A DNA stretch of 64,000 nt from Girardia tigrina (lineage: Eukaryota): positions 5,905 to 69,904 of the forward strand of contig MQRK01225673.1 in NCBI GenBank assembly GCA_001938485.1, given 5' to 3'. Below, one piece after another: positions 52,811-64,000 of this stretch. Under the pieces are notes generated by a model. The model was not told where the DNA came from, did no database searches, and saw nothing but the letters and a program-made list of their open reading frames with translations. Both the position numbers and the translations under genes were made by a program. Every line of letters starts with the position of its first letter. Within the stretch, counting starts at the first letter, position 1.

Positions 52811-53664
52811 AGATTAAAAAGAGGGCCAAGGAATTTCAACGTGCAATATTATTCAATTAAATCGAATGCGATGATTATTTTAGACTTTTAATGGAATAGA
52901 GCAGCATCATATCAGAAATGAGAAGAATTTGAGCAAGAAAACATCAAGTCTCCACAGTAATGATGCGGAAGAAGAGTCTTGACTTATTTGATGACAAACG
53001 ACACATTATGGCAGATGAAATACTAACTCTACCACATTGACAATATTTGTTGTGAATAATCAACTTGTATATATTTTACATATTTGTTACATCTGTACAT
53101 GTTATGTAAATAAATGTTTGTTGAAAATAGTCGATATGTATTCATTCAAAACCTTATAAACAATATATAATAATTAATATATTATAATCATATATACTAT
53201 AAAAGGTTAACTGTGCAATACATTGACATGATGAATGTAATAAGTTGACATGTTGGATGCATGACGATATCACCTAGGTTACAGTCACGTTTTGAATGGT
53301 TGATACGATAACGGTTGATAACATAATATAATATATATCTATAATATAATATTTTATTGTATAGAGGATACATTGTACACACATATTTGAAAAATCACTA
53401 CATATTGATTTCTGCTGACTTTTTTGAAAATGTTGACATGTAATACAACTATTGACATATGGGTTTCTATACATGTGTTCAGACAGATTTTCCATATTGT
53501 GCTTTCTTCGACCTCTATACGCCATAAATATGTTCGATACCAATTTACACTATAAAACACAACATGTGAATAAAGCACTAAGTATCAATTTTTTCGAGAA
53601 TCTAAGATCATATTCCGACTATTTACATATGTGTTTCTAGCTATAGGTTTAAACAGATTTTTCA

Positions 53665-54430
53665 TATTTTTCTTGCTTCGCCCTGTATACCTAATGGGTA
53701 TTCTGCCCAACTTTGCACTTTAAACTTTATTATAGGAAAAACAAATATATACAAATAAATATATCAAACATCTAATTGCACCGTTGGATAGAGAATCAAA
53801 ATGTGCACAGTGCTAGCACACTTGCACAAGTGAAGCACACTGTGCCCTATCGATTTGCACTTTTGCACTGTTGCCATGATTACGGCACCCATGATCATGG
53901 TTACCGTGACACAGTACCGATCGATAGTGCACATGTGCTGACTTCCCTCACCCACCGAAAGGGAGACGGCGGATGGTGAGACAGAAACCCCATTATAGAT
54001 TGAGGGGAACATACATTTTTCGCCTACCTTTTTTATGGACAACAATATTGTTTCACCTTTGTTATAATTTACTTTTTGCATTTTGTTTAAATTCAAAAAA
54101 ACTTTTTTTTCAAATCTCTACTTTAAGGCGAGCAGAACTCTACTTGACCAACAAATTTTTTTGTTATTTTTTGTAGAAGGGAAGATTTTATACCAAAAAA
54201 TTGAAAACTCCATTTTGCAATAAAATACTAATAACATAATAAATTTATTATAAAGTATGGAAGGAAAAATCCCAAAACATTTATATTTAAAACATCTTAA
54301 AAATTTGTGGATAATCGTAAAAAGTGTTTTGTAAAAGATTTTTTTGATTTACTAGTTGGATCAAATTTTAACATAATCGTTTATTGTCATCGGAAATGAG
54401 TAAATGTGCAAAGTTTGTAGAAAATCGACT
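53665..54430 (+). repeat. Diverged copy of the 27349/63697 repeat family with a GC-rich palindromic interior
   Basis: GATCAAATTTTAACATAATCGTTTATTGTCATCGGAAATGAGTAAATGTGCAAAGTTTG shared; possible sub-TIR CTTGCTTCGCC (53672) / GGCGAGCAG (54127). Confidence 0.6.
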
Positions 54431-55739
54431 TCTTCGATTTTTCGACTTTTTTCAGTCAAAGGCCTTATAAATCTTAAAAGGCGTATAAATCTTCTTCGAC
54501 TAACTTTGATGCTCGACCAGAATTAAGTTCATTCATAAAACCCATGTAACTGCATTCAAATAACTTTTACCACCTTGACACGTTTATGTAACTAATTGTT
54601 TCTTCGTCTTCTGCATTAAAAATCTTCTTTGAGCATCTCTTGTTGAAAGATTTCGTTTCTAGCAAAAGCGAATGATAATGTGAAATTCGAATTTATTAAT
54701 TCTCAATGATTTCATAAAAATGATGTCATCTAAGAAAAATATGAAAGATAAATAAAAGTGGAATTATCAGCAAGTTTAACAGAACTTTTAGATAAACCTA
54801 AAATTATGTATTTAATATACAAAATATTAATTTAATATGAAAAAATAAGTATTTAATTTGAAAAATATATATGTGTATTAAATATGATATTGTTTTTATT
54901 TTGTATAATATATATAGCATACAAAATTTTAAAAAATTTATAAATATCTAATGGTAATAACAAAAATAGTTTTATGTTATGCTTACAACATTTTCTTTTT
55001 AATTGCTGCATACGTAATATCCAAGTAAAGAAAAATCAGCTCGATATCTCTACTCGTCATTAAATTTACATTTTTTTTCTCTCGGTAAACGCCAATAACT
55101 TCCATATGTGATCCATCCTTTAGGAATTATATCGACAACGAATTATATCGAATTATATCAAGGAAATTCTCTCCGTCCCAGTTTACCCTCGACCATCAAT
55201 CCGGATGTCATTATGTTCACCAGGAAGAGGTAATTTCAAATATATATTATCATAGGATTGATTTGGAGACTATTGGGAAGAGAGGTAACTATGCGTCCCC
55301 ATGTTTGACGAGAAAGAATTCAATTTAACACATATTTTGCTCAGGGGATAAAACATTCTGTGGCTTTTTATGTAGAATAGTATTGCACTCTTTTTAATTT
55401 GAAAACCACTGACATTTCAAACCCGGACAGAAAATCTGCGGCTAAACTGAAAACGGTTGAATATCAGGATTGGTAACTAAACGGAGTGTCACACTTTGGA
55501 ATCATACCTTTGGAATCGCCTCTTCAAATAAATGGAAAATAGTCCAAAAACTAAATTTTATTAGTTTTTATTAATTTTATAAAATGTTTAATGGGTGTAA
55601 AGGCGAAATCTAAACATTTTTGTCAATCCCAAAAAAAATAACAAATAAAGATCTAATCGAAGCAAAAATTTTGTAGCAAATAAACATGACAAGTAGAACA
55701 TGAAATACACATTAAACAAGAGACAAGTTTCTTTTACGG

Positions 55740-56699
55740 TACACACATCTTATTCGGGCTCTGACAGTCCTAAAATTATTGCGAAATGCGACATGTCCAT
55801 TTCCTTCAAATATTTCTTCACCTTACACTCAAACTGTATGTTGTTCGTGACCTCCCAGTCTCCATTGTAAACTTCAGATTTAAGATTGGCCCAAATATTC
55901 TCCACTGGACGGCTTTAGGAAACGTTTGAAGGGTTGGAAATCTTTGGCACAAATGAGATACGAAGTGACTCCAACAGTTGCAGGGTGGAATTGACATAAT
56001 GTACTGACGCAAGGTCTGACTAAAACATAATATTGCTCTCTCGGTGCTCCTTCTCAATAAAGCAAACTAGAGCAGTGTTTGGTCCTAATAGAAACACGGG
56101 TTCACTAACCTTTCCATCCTCTGAAACATAGATTCAGACCATCAACTGAACGGGGAATTTCTTTTCAGTTCGATATTTCACCAGAGGAGTAGTGGTTTGG
56201 ATGTCCGAGGTGTAAAAGTAATTTTTTCTGGGTAGATTATAACTCATGAGTTTAAAATAACACTCGTCATCCATGAGAATCATTTTTCCTCTCAAAACTC
56301 CAAGTAATTTTCCTGCACGACGTTCTGCTGTCTTCTTTTGTTCAGAGGTGTACTGTGGAGCTTTAATTCGTTTGTAACATTTCTCGTTCATCAAGAATAT
56401 TTTTGATGGTTTGGTGACTCACATTGCGCTTCTTGGCTTATTGTCGTTGTGACACACTCCTTTTGTTTACTGACCATTGACAGATTTTGGCTCGTTGGGC
56501 GTTTGTCAGTTTTTTATTATGTCCACCACTTCCCAAGCTTTTGAAACATCTAAATTCGTATATAATCTAGTAATAATGAAGTACATTGTCGAGCGTGTAA
56601 ATCCCTCTTCTAAGAAGGGTTTCGGGATGAAGGATTTCTTTTCGTGTAATGCATTCTCCAAAAGCCGCTAACACTGTTTCGAAGTAGTTACTCTTTCAT
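55740..56699 (-). pseudogene. ITm DD37E transposase pseudogene
   Basis: MDDECYF, SDLASVHY and RPVENIW, with 37 codons counted between the second D and E; several stops and frameshifts. Confidence 0.88.
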
Positions 56700-57231
56700 G
56701 ATTATGATAGAAAAATGGCTAACTGGAGGATGATGAAATGTTTTATAATCAACACATGGACCAATCAGAATTGCTTATCTCTTTCCTTTACATTCAATTC
56801 TTACTTTAAGTATTGTTAGGAATTAAAAATGTTAGAAAAATTTTTGAAAGAAAGTTATATAAAATATGTACAAATTAAAATTTTTTATATAATTAAATAT
56901 GTAACATTCGAAAAAATAAAATTACTAAAATTAAGATCAATTAAATTGCTAATAAGGATTTTTGAGAGTTTTAATATAATATAAAAAGTAAAAAAAGTGT
57001 ATAATTTTTATGTGAAACGATTTTAAAAAAGTAATAAAATTAAATGAAACGATTAAATATTTTAAAGTGATATCGTAATTATAGAAGTAATAAAAAAAGC
57101 AAATATGAATATTTATATGTATTTTTATCTATATCGGTTTAAGATTTATGAAACAAATAGTTTCTCAAAAAAATATAATTTTTTTTAAATATTAGATTTA
57201 AACATTTTTTTGCGGTATAATAAAAGTTTTA

Positions 57232-58310
57232 ATGTCTGATACTAATAATTCTGACGATTTTCCAAGAACCTCTAATATGGTGGCCTTTGCCACAAACTCG
57301 GACCAATTAATTTCCAGATTGATTCCGGAGCATTTTAAACGGGATGACGATGTCGAAGTATTTATTACGAGTTGTAATAGATATTTTAAAGCAGCAGGAG
57401 TACCCGATAATTTAAAAGAGACATTGATGGTGACTATGCTTTCGAGGGAGTTAATCCCGGTATACGAAAACACGAGATCTTCAGAAAGAGGTTTTGAGAA
57501 CAGGTTACGAGAAGCGTTTCAAAAAAAAGATCCCAAATGGATGTTCTAAGAGAAGCCGTAGAATTTCAAAGAACAACGGAGACGACAGCAGAACTTTGTG
57601 CTAAAGCAAGGAAGATGGCTGAAGCGATAGTATCATTTCAATGGACGGTCGAAGAAGTGAAAAAATGCCTGTTATTAAATTGTAATAATGATAACGAAAC
57701 AAAGAAAGAAATAAAAATGAGGGATATCCAAGAAAAAGAAAAGATAAAGAAAATTATTAAAAAGATGGATGAAGTCAAATCAGAAATAAAACAGGTCCAT
57801 GCCATAAGACCATCTTATGCCAGTGCTGTACAGCGTAACAAGCTAGTAGACAATAGAATTCTGATGAGAAATGGACCAAATAGAGAACAGAAAACCTGCT
57901 GGAATTGTAATGAAGTAAGCCGCATGAGAGCCCAATGCCAGAAGAAGCGCAAAGTGACATGTTTCGGATGCGGTCAAAAAGGCCACATCAGGCGCGAATG
58001 TCATCTACAATGCAAAAGATGTCATAAACCAGGCCATAAAGCGGAGGAATGTTATACAAAGATTCGAGATAACGTCTCCAGGTTTAACAATCATGAAAAA
58101 TTGGATGGCAGAACATGGGGACAAAAACAGTTTCGACGAAATGACAGGCAACCAAGAACGGACGGAAGATTAAATCAGTATTCAAATGACTACTACCGAG
58201 GTATAGCGAGAGGACGAGAACTGGCTGCACTGGAAAAAGAAGACAAAGATTGCTTGGAAAAAAACGAAGAGAGCCAAGTCGACGAGGAACCGATTTTGGC
58301 GATGGAGTAA
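57232..58310 (+). pseudogene. gag: gag with three zinc knuckles (frameshift in A-run near 57525)
   Basis: CWNCNEVSRMRAQC (degenerate), CFGCGQKGHIRREC, CKRCHKPGHKAEEC. Confidence 0.88.
58259..58300 (+). promoter_or_regulatory. Candidate -1 ribosomal frameshift signal
   Basis: A AAA AAC heptamer in gag phase, 7-nt spacer, stem-loop GCCAAGTCG...CGATTTTGGC; the -1 frame is the pol frame. Confidence 0.65.
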
Positions 58311-58642
58311 GTTTTGTAAATCTTAAACCGAACCGTATAAGTAGTATATATGATTATTATAGTAAAAGTATATATAAAAGTATTGATGATATAAAAAATA
58401 ATAAAAATATAAAAATAAATAATAAACTAATAAAAAACTTTAAATAATGACATGTTGAAAGAAAAAAACAAGAAGCAGTAAAGAGAAAGGTAGACACAGA
58501 GGATGAATATGAAATAGACGAAAAAGGATCGACGAAGAGTAAATTTAGAGAGGAAAGTATTTACGAAAACCTTCAACTAACGGAGAAAACAGTACGATGG
58601 ATGAAGAGTTGATCAATAGAGACAGAAACAGGTGATGCAAAG

Positions 58643-61528
58643 ATGATTATGACGTTGGAAGATAAACAGGGAAGAATTTCGTATGACAGACTTCAGGGAC
58701 GTCCCAGCATAACAGTAAGTATAGAAGAAAAAGAAATCGAATGTTTGTTGGATACAGGAGCTGCTATGAATGTGATAACGGCAGAATTAGCAAGACATTT
58801 CAAGACAGCAACGATTAACATCACTAATCAAAGACTGACAGCAGCAAACGGCGCACAGATGAATGTCGTGGGAGAGTGGGAAGTTATATGTAGGGCAGGA
58901 CAGACTAAAAAAAATATAAAATTTGTAGTGGTAGAACAACTAAGACCTCAAATGATAGGAGGTGTACCTTTACAACAGTGGTTTGGTATAGGACTTCGTT
59001 GGCTAACTGAAATAGAACGAGAAAAGGATGAGTTTCATAGAGTAAACCTAATTTATGAACTAGAAGCAAAATTTGGAGATAAAATAACAGATGACCAGAG
59101 ACTTAATGAAGCGAAGAAACATATAGATATGAACGAAAGCAATGAATTAAAAAAGTTAATCATAAAATTTAAGAAAATATTCATGTCAAATGACTGGGAC
59201 ATCGGCAGAACAAATCTAATAAAACATGAATTCAAGACGACAGGTAAACCAATAAATATTAAACCACGAAGACAACCAGAACATTTGCAAGCTAAGTTAG
59301 ACGAAGCCATCAAGAATCTGGAAGAAAATGAAATAATTCAACGTTGCAACTCACCATGGAACACACCACTGGTATGTGTGTGGAAAAAGGATACTGATTC
59401 AATAAGACTATGTATGGATTTCAGACAACTGAATCAGATCTCAGAAAGACAAGCCTTCCCGATGCCAAATATGGAAGAACTAATGGACAAACAACACGGT
59501 ACAAAATATTTCAGCACAATTGATCTAGGAAATGCATATTATCAGGTAGAATTAGAAAAGGAATCGCAAGAAAAAACAGCATTCTCTACAAAAAGTGGTC
59601 AATTTTGTTTCCGTAGAATGCCGTTTGGTATAGCTTCAGCGCCAGGGACGTTTCAGGAGTTGATGACAAAAGTATTACAACAAATTAAGAAAGGAATATC
59701 AGTATATTTGGATGATATATTGATAGCAACTCAGACCATATAGGAACATTATAAAGTATTGGGTGAAGTTTTCCAACAAATTGAGAAAGCTAATTTAAGA
59801 ATAAAACCATCTAAATGCAAATTTCTAAGGGATGAGGTAAATTTCTTAGGACATGTAGTAAATAGAGAAGGTATTCACACGGATCCAGATAAAATTAAAG
59901 CAATTGAAGGATTCCAGAGACCAAACTGCATGAAGAATTTGAGAAGTTTTCTGGGAATATGTAACTACTATAGACGATTCATAAATGGGTACTCCAGAAA
60001 GGCCAGGGCGTTAGAAGGGTTATTTGGATCGAATAAAGATAAACTAGTATGGACGGACGAATGTGAACTATCTTTTAACGATATGAAGAAATCCCTCATA
60101 CCAGCTCCAATTTTAGCATTCCCGAACTTCAATAAAGAGTTTATTTTGGATACGGATGCCAGTTTTGATAGTATAGGAGCAGTATTGTCACAAGTTGGCG
60201 AATCAGGAAGAGGACACGTAATAGCTTATGGCTCGCATTCGATGGGAGCTCATGAAAAAGGATACTGTATAACTAGGAAAGAACTTTTCGCAATTTATTA
60301 TTTCTGTCAACATTTCAATCATTATTTATATGGGAAAAGATTTAAACTACGGACAGATCATAAAGCCATCACTTTTATGTTACATACAAAAAAACCAATA
60401 ACAGCCCAGTTCCAGACATGGATCAATTATCTCAGTAGTTTAGATATAGAGATGGTATACAGAAAAGGTGAATTACATGGAAATGCAGATATGCTATCTC
60501 GAAGCAAATGTGACACATGTAACCAGTGCCAAATGAAACATGAAGACGCAAAATCAGACAGACTTAAAACGCGATTATTAGCGGTTACAACAAGAAGTCA
60601 GGCAAAAGAAGCACAAAGAGAATGGATACCCAAAGAGAAAGGAAGTGAATTAATCACACAGACACACAGATTGCTATGTCATGCAGGAGCGGAAAAAGTT
60701 TACCATTATTTAAAGGATAAATTTGATATGGAAGAGGAACGGAAAACAGTGAAAGAAGTGGTTGGAACTTGTATAGAACGTCAACAAACAAAAACAGATA
60801 CGTCGAAGACTAAAAAAGAGACAATCAAGATAACATCATCTGAACCGTTTGAGAAAGTATATATCGATATATGTGGCCCATGGAGAGAAACAATAAGAAA
60901 AGAAAAATATATAATGGCCATGATTGATCATTTTAGCAAATATATCATTTTAAAAGCCATCATACGACAAGATGAACAGACGATTATGCAAACAATTTTG
61001 ACAAAATGGATATTAAAATTTGGTGCTCCTAAGGAAATACATGTGGGTTGTGGGAAAAGTTTTGAATCACAGAAGGCACAAGAATTAATGATAAAACAAG
61101 GTATTCAGTTAGTGTTCTCTAGACCGTACCACCATAACACCAATGGTATGGTGGAAAGACAATTCCGAACGATACGAGAGTATATACAAGCAAGTTTAAA
61201 AGAAAGAAAAGAGACGAGTTGGGCTGATATGCTCCCAGAAGTGGAATTNNNNNNNNNNNNNNNNNNNNAGAAAACAATTGGAAGAAGTCCGGCTGAAGTA
61301 ATTTTAAATAGAAAAATAGATAGGCTAAAGTGGTATAGCAATAAAATGAACACGTCAGACGAAAACATCAAGTATCCAGACGGAAAAACACGATGAAATT
61401 TCAATATCGGAGATTAGGTGTGGGTAAAAAAAGAGATAAGAAATAAAGATGATGACAGATATGAGGGACCATACACCATCATAGAAAAAATTCATGAGAG
61501 GAGTTATAAACTGGAGGATAAAGAGAAA
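58643..61528 (+). pseudogene. pol: pol polyprotein (PR, RT, RNase H, IN with GPY motif)
   Basis: LLDTGA, RMPFG, YLDD, LDTDAS, TDHKA, H-x-x-L-C-H, IDICGP, NGMVER, YEGPY; in-frame TAG at 59741 and further stops near 61396. Confidence 0.95.
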
Positions 61529-62124
61529 NNNNNNNNNNNNNNNNNNNNNNNNNNNNNNNNNNNNNNNNNNNNNNNNNNNNNNNNNNNNNNNNNNNNNNNN
61601 NNNNNNNNNNNNNNNNNNNNNNNNNNNNNNNNNNNNNNNNNNNNNNNNNNNNNNNNNNNNNNNNNNNNNNNNNNNNNNNNNNNNNNNNNNNNNNNNNNNN
61701 NNNNNNNNNNNNNNNNNNNNNNNNNNNNNNNNNNNNNNNNNNNNNNNNNNNNNNNNNNNAAAAAAGTGTATAATTTTTATGTGAAACGATTTTAAAAAAG
61801 TAATAAAATTAAATGAAACGATTAAATATTTTAAAGTGTTATCGTAATTATAGAAGTAATAAAAAAGCAAATATGAATTTTTATGAATATCTATTTTTAT
61901 CTATATCGGTTTAAGATTTATAAAACAAAGTTTCTGAAAAAAATAATAAATTATATAAAATAAATTAAATAATAAATAAAAATATATTGTGAATAATTCC
62001 CAAACAAAGAGACAAATTATGAGGGGTTAGTTTTAAGTTTCGCCAAAATAGTTTATTATTTTTTTAATTTGAAAATTTAAAAGAAATAAATTAACAATTA
62101 CAATGTAGAGTAAAAATATGATTT

Positions 62125-62527
62125 TAAGAATTTTCTCAATTTTTCCACGTTTCGATCTAAAATTCTTCCATCTCCATTTATTAGTTTATACCTTCTGTCA
62201 TGTGTTTTCTCTATCACTTTATACGGTCCTTCATATTTATCTTTACTCTTTATCCCCGTTTCCACTTTGACCAGTACTTCATCTCCGATTTCAAAATTTC
62301 TTTTTGTTGTTGTGTCTTCTTTTTCTTACTGTATCTTTATATCTTGACTATGCCATCCTTCTCTGTATATTTTCTTACCGAATATAAATTCCGCAGGGCT
62401 CCTCCCTATTGCTTTCTGGAAAGTTGCATTTAATGTAAATTCTATTTCCGGTAGTAATTCCTCCCAGTCTGATCCTTTCTTTGTATGTAGCGATGCGTTT
62501 AAATATTCTCTAATTGTCCGGAATTGT
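62125..62527 (-). pseudogene. pol: Gypsy integrase C-terminal fragment (related family)
   Basis: QFRTIREYLNASL...DWEELLPEIEFTLNATFQKAIGRSPAEFIFG...KYEGPYKVIEK. Confidence 0.88.
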
Positions 62528-63655
62528 AAATGTAAATTTTTGTAAAAAAATGTAAGATTATTTGAGATTTAAATTTTCTTATATTTTCAAAATTTAATCG
62601 AAAGAATTTAATGAACTAATTTTGGGCGAAATAATTGTAGTAACAAGAAATTTGTTTAAGTATATGAATTGTGAATATTAATAAATTTTTGTGGTGTTAA
62701 ATTATGACTTTAGAAAGTAATAATAATGAAGGTGACATAAACGCTACTTACAATATGTATATCACACTCGACAATCTAAACCCTCGAATATAATTCACAG
62801 ATTTTGATGTAGTTTAACCCTATGAGTCCCGGTGTATCTTATGTGCATAAAATAGTTTTTCTTCTTCACATAGACTGTCTAATTTTTATAACAGTTTATT
62901 TTTGAAATATGTTTTTAATTCTAATTCGCTAGTAATGTCCGATATATTTTTATTCTTTCTACTAGATATAAATTAACAGAAAATTTTAAAAAACTTGATA
63001 TTTTCAGAATAAATCCGAAAAAAATATTTTTTTTAGAAAATTACTTTTAAAACGTATAATTTTTATGGTAATAAGAATATAATATTACTAAGCCAACCCA
63101 AAAGGTTAAATAAAAAAAGTTTTAATTGGTTTAACCATTTTTTTAATTAAAGACTTTGACATTGAAAAAATGTCCTAGAAGTTAAAAGTGCGGGAATATA
63201 ATTTGATTGAATATTAACGCAAATAATATTAAGTGAATATTTTTATATATTAAAAGTATATAACATAAATTCAGATGCAATTTATTATTATTAAAATATG
63301 TACTTGATGATTAGATTTTTGAAATTTAATTCAAATGATTATTTATAACAATTAATTCGTGTTTACATTTTATTTATAAATTCATTTGATTTGAGATTTG
63401 TAATAAAAGAATATTCCAAGAGAGTATCTACAAGAAGTCAAATTCCTTGTTTTTCATGTGTTTCATGTAATAATGTCTTTTTTCTGAAGTTTTTGTCACA
63501 AAAGGAAAATATTACTCATAAAGTAATCTAAAAGATTTTGTAAAATTTTTGTAAAGTCACAAAAGAACACAATTAATACCACAATAATTTGTTCACTGAC
63601 AATTAATTCGTTTTATTTAACCATTTTCCATTCTTTTTATTAGCTCACTTTCTTT

Positions 63656-63690
<35 letters not shown>

Positions 63691-63696
63691 TGTGTA

Positions 63697-64000
63697 TCCA
63701 TGGAATTTAGAAACCTGTTTTGAAGGCTTTTTACTCAATCAATTTTCTTCATACTTTGCACACTTACTCATTATTGATGACAATAAATGATTATGTAAAA
63801 ATTTGATCAAAAAAACTTTTTAAGATCCAAAAATGGCAAAAAACGGAAAATTTGGAGTTCCCGAACAATATTAATTGCAAGATGTGTACTTACAAATTAT
63901 AAGTAGTTTACATTAATTGTTAATGTGTTTTTTTTAATTAGAATTTTTTAAATTTTAAAAACTTTGTTTGCAAAGTAGAGTCTGTCTGCATAAAGAATGG
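63697..64000 (-). repeat. Dispersed repeat, inverted copy of 27349-27651 (runs off window)
   Basis: Direct alignment by eye; abuts CA/TA microsatellite at ~63656-63692. Confidence 0.85.

Larger units (their letters stand above)
56814..61945 (+). mobile_element. Near-complete Ty3/Gypsy LTR retrotransposon
   Basis: 5' LTR TGTTAGGAAT...TTTAAACA (56814-57204); 3' LTR remnant 61760-~61945 matches 56990-57177 (start hidden in N gap); gag and pol in PR-RT-RH-IN order. Confidence 0.93.

Noticed and set aside
55013-55493. Possible solo LTR ending TGTCACA
   Set aside because: No TG start with a matching TSD and no second copy.
61355-61870. ORFs spanning N runs
   Set aside because: Artefacts of assembly gaps; the gap also means the 3' LTR linkage of the Gypsy element is unverified.
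62818-63105. TTAA-flanked piggyBac-like MITE
   Set aside because: Terminal inverted match too poor to support.

Overview
Strongly AT-rich eukaryotic DNA, probably from an invertebrate animal (inferred from the transposon repertoire, TA/AAT microsatellites and TTAGGG-like repeats), with several N gaps. I find no convincing intact host gene, rRNA, tRNA or CRISPR array; the window is a dense graveyard of nested transposable elements. LTR retroelements: a near-complete Ty3/Gypsy element (56814-~61945, gag with three zinc knuckles, pol with PR-RT-RNaseH-IN, candidate -1 frameshift signal); a GC-rich, RT-deleted Gypsy-like element with ~110-bp LTRs (12925-16129); several Gypsy pol fragments; and at least six copies of a TGTGAGGAATA...TTAACA LTR family, three of them solo LTRs with 5-bp TSDs. 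DNA transposon remnants: pogo/Tigger, Tc1, mellifera-type mariner, DD37E, piggyBac, hAT, MULE and a DFAEN/DGVGG-type (Sola-like) transposase. There are also Penelope and RTE fragments and several MITEs. The best candidate for something undescribed is a 2059-bp TG...CA insertion with a 4-bp TSD (35079-37137), nested in an LTR. It carries an orphan ~256-codon coiled-coil ORF, a 102-bp tandem repeat and a GC-rich terminal hairpin, but no recognisable transposition enzyme; 1-1464 may be a similar unit. All family assignments come from motif recognition by eye, not database searches.
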